A program made the position numbers and the translations under genes. From Solirubrobacterales bacterium (GTDB taxonomy: Bacteria > Actinomycetota > Thermoleophilia > Solirubrobacterales > 70-9), in the NCBI GenBank assembly GCA_044867645.1, contig JBIOVI010000063.1, positions 329 through 64,328 on the forward strand: a DNA stretch of 64,000 nucleotides, written 5' to 3'. Positions 63,723-64,000 of the stretch are shown piece by piece; position 1 is the stretch's first letter, and each line of letters opens with the position of its first letter. The notes below the pieces were generated by a model. The model was not told the origin of the DNA. It saw nothing but the letters and a program-made list of their open reading frames with translations, and did no database searches.

Positions 63723-63811
63723 CCCAACCGCGCCCGTTAGGCTCTCGGCGGAGCACACGCCTGCTTCACCTACCGCCCCACGACGCCGAGAGCCTAACGG
63801 GCGCGGTTGGG
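63723..63811. repeat. perfect 28-bp inverted repeat with 33-nt spacer
   Basis: CCCAACCGCGCCCGTTAGGCTCTCGGCG (63723-63750) pairs with CGCCGAGAGCCTAACGGGCGCGGTTGGG (63784-63811). Confidence 0.9.
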
Positions 63812-63862
63812 AACAATGGGTGAACTAGCTCTGGCAAGCCGCAAACGGCTCACCAGGACCAG

Positions 63863-63933
63863 AGGCGCCTACCGGAATCGAACCGGTGTAAACGGCTTTG
63901 CAGGCCGCTGCGTAGCCACTCCGCCAAGGCGCC
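63863..63933 (-). tRNA. tRNA-Cys (anticodon GCA)
   Basis: Folded by hand. GGCGCCT acceptor, anticodon loop CTGCAAA, T arm CCGGT-TCGATTC-CGG-like, discriminator U. No encoded CCA. Confidence 0.85.
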
Positions 63934-64000
63934 GAGACGACGAAGCGTAGCCGCTGGATTGGGCTTAAGGGGCTAGCCCTCGTAGCCCTCGACGGTCCCG

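Larger units (their letters stand above)
62822..63886 (-). mobile_element. ~1-kb remnant islet at tRNA-Cys carrying a toxin-antitoxin pair
   Basis: Bounded by the tRNA-Cys 3' end and a degenerate copy of it. No integrase present. Confidence 0.5.

Noticed and set aside
63622-63828. 68-aa plus-strand ORF covering the 28-bp inverted repeat.
   Set aside because: It has no SD, overlaps the antitoxin start, and its sequence is dictated by the palindrome.

Overview
This is a high-GC (roughly 70%) chromosomal window. Its gene content looks Actinomycetota-like, possibly Thermoleophilia/Rubrobacteria-type; that placement is inference only. The backbone is ordinary housekeeping, mostly on the minus strand: murT/gatD, dut, hflX, dapF, miaB-miaA, rny, recA-thpR-cinA, ftsK, argC-J-B-D..argG, pheS-pheT, rplT-rpmI, infC, thrS, zwf, tRNA-Val and tRNA-Cys. 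The main accessory element spans 4278-12355. It is a lower-GC, all-plus-strand block of about 8.1 kb with the gene order of a filamentous (inovirus-like) prophage: a small signal-peptide coat protein, a large anchored adsorption protein, a pVI-like membrane protein, a pI/Zot P-loop assembly ATPase, a Rep_trans rolling-circle initiator, a hairpin-rich intergenic region and two ArsR-type regulators. It has no integrase. It is bounded by an exact 20-bp direct repeat, and the right copy extends into a 28-bp dif-like Xer site. This suggests a Xer-exploiting element (IMEX) sitting at the replication terminus. A second small accessory element (62822-63886) is a ~1-kb islet flanked by a duplicated tRNA-Cys 3' end. 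It carries a GNAT-toxin/DUF1778-antitoxin pair and a perfect 28-bp inverted repeat. Other oddities: a two-copy AT-rich palindromic intergenic element, a methyltransferase wedged between murT and gatD, wecB splitting infC from rpmI-rplT, and a 21-bp heptad-repeat gene. No rRNA, CRISPR array, transposase or integrase was seen. All functional calls rest on motifs I recognised by eye. Trimmed start coordinates were derived by hand from the ORF track and may be off by a few nt.
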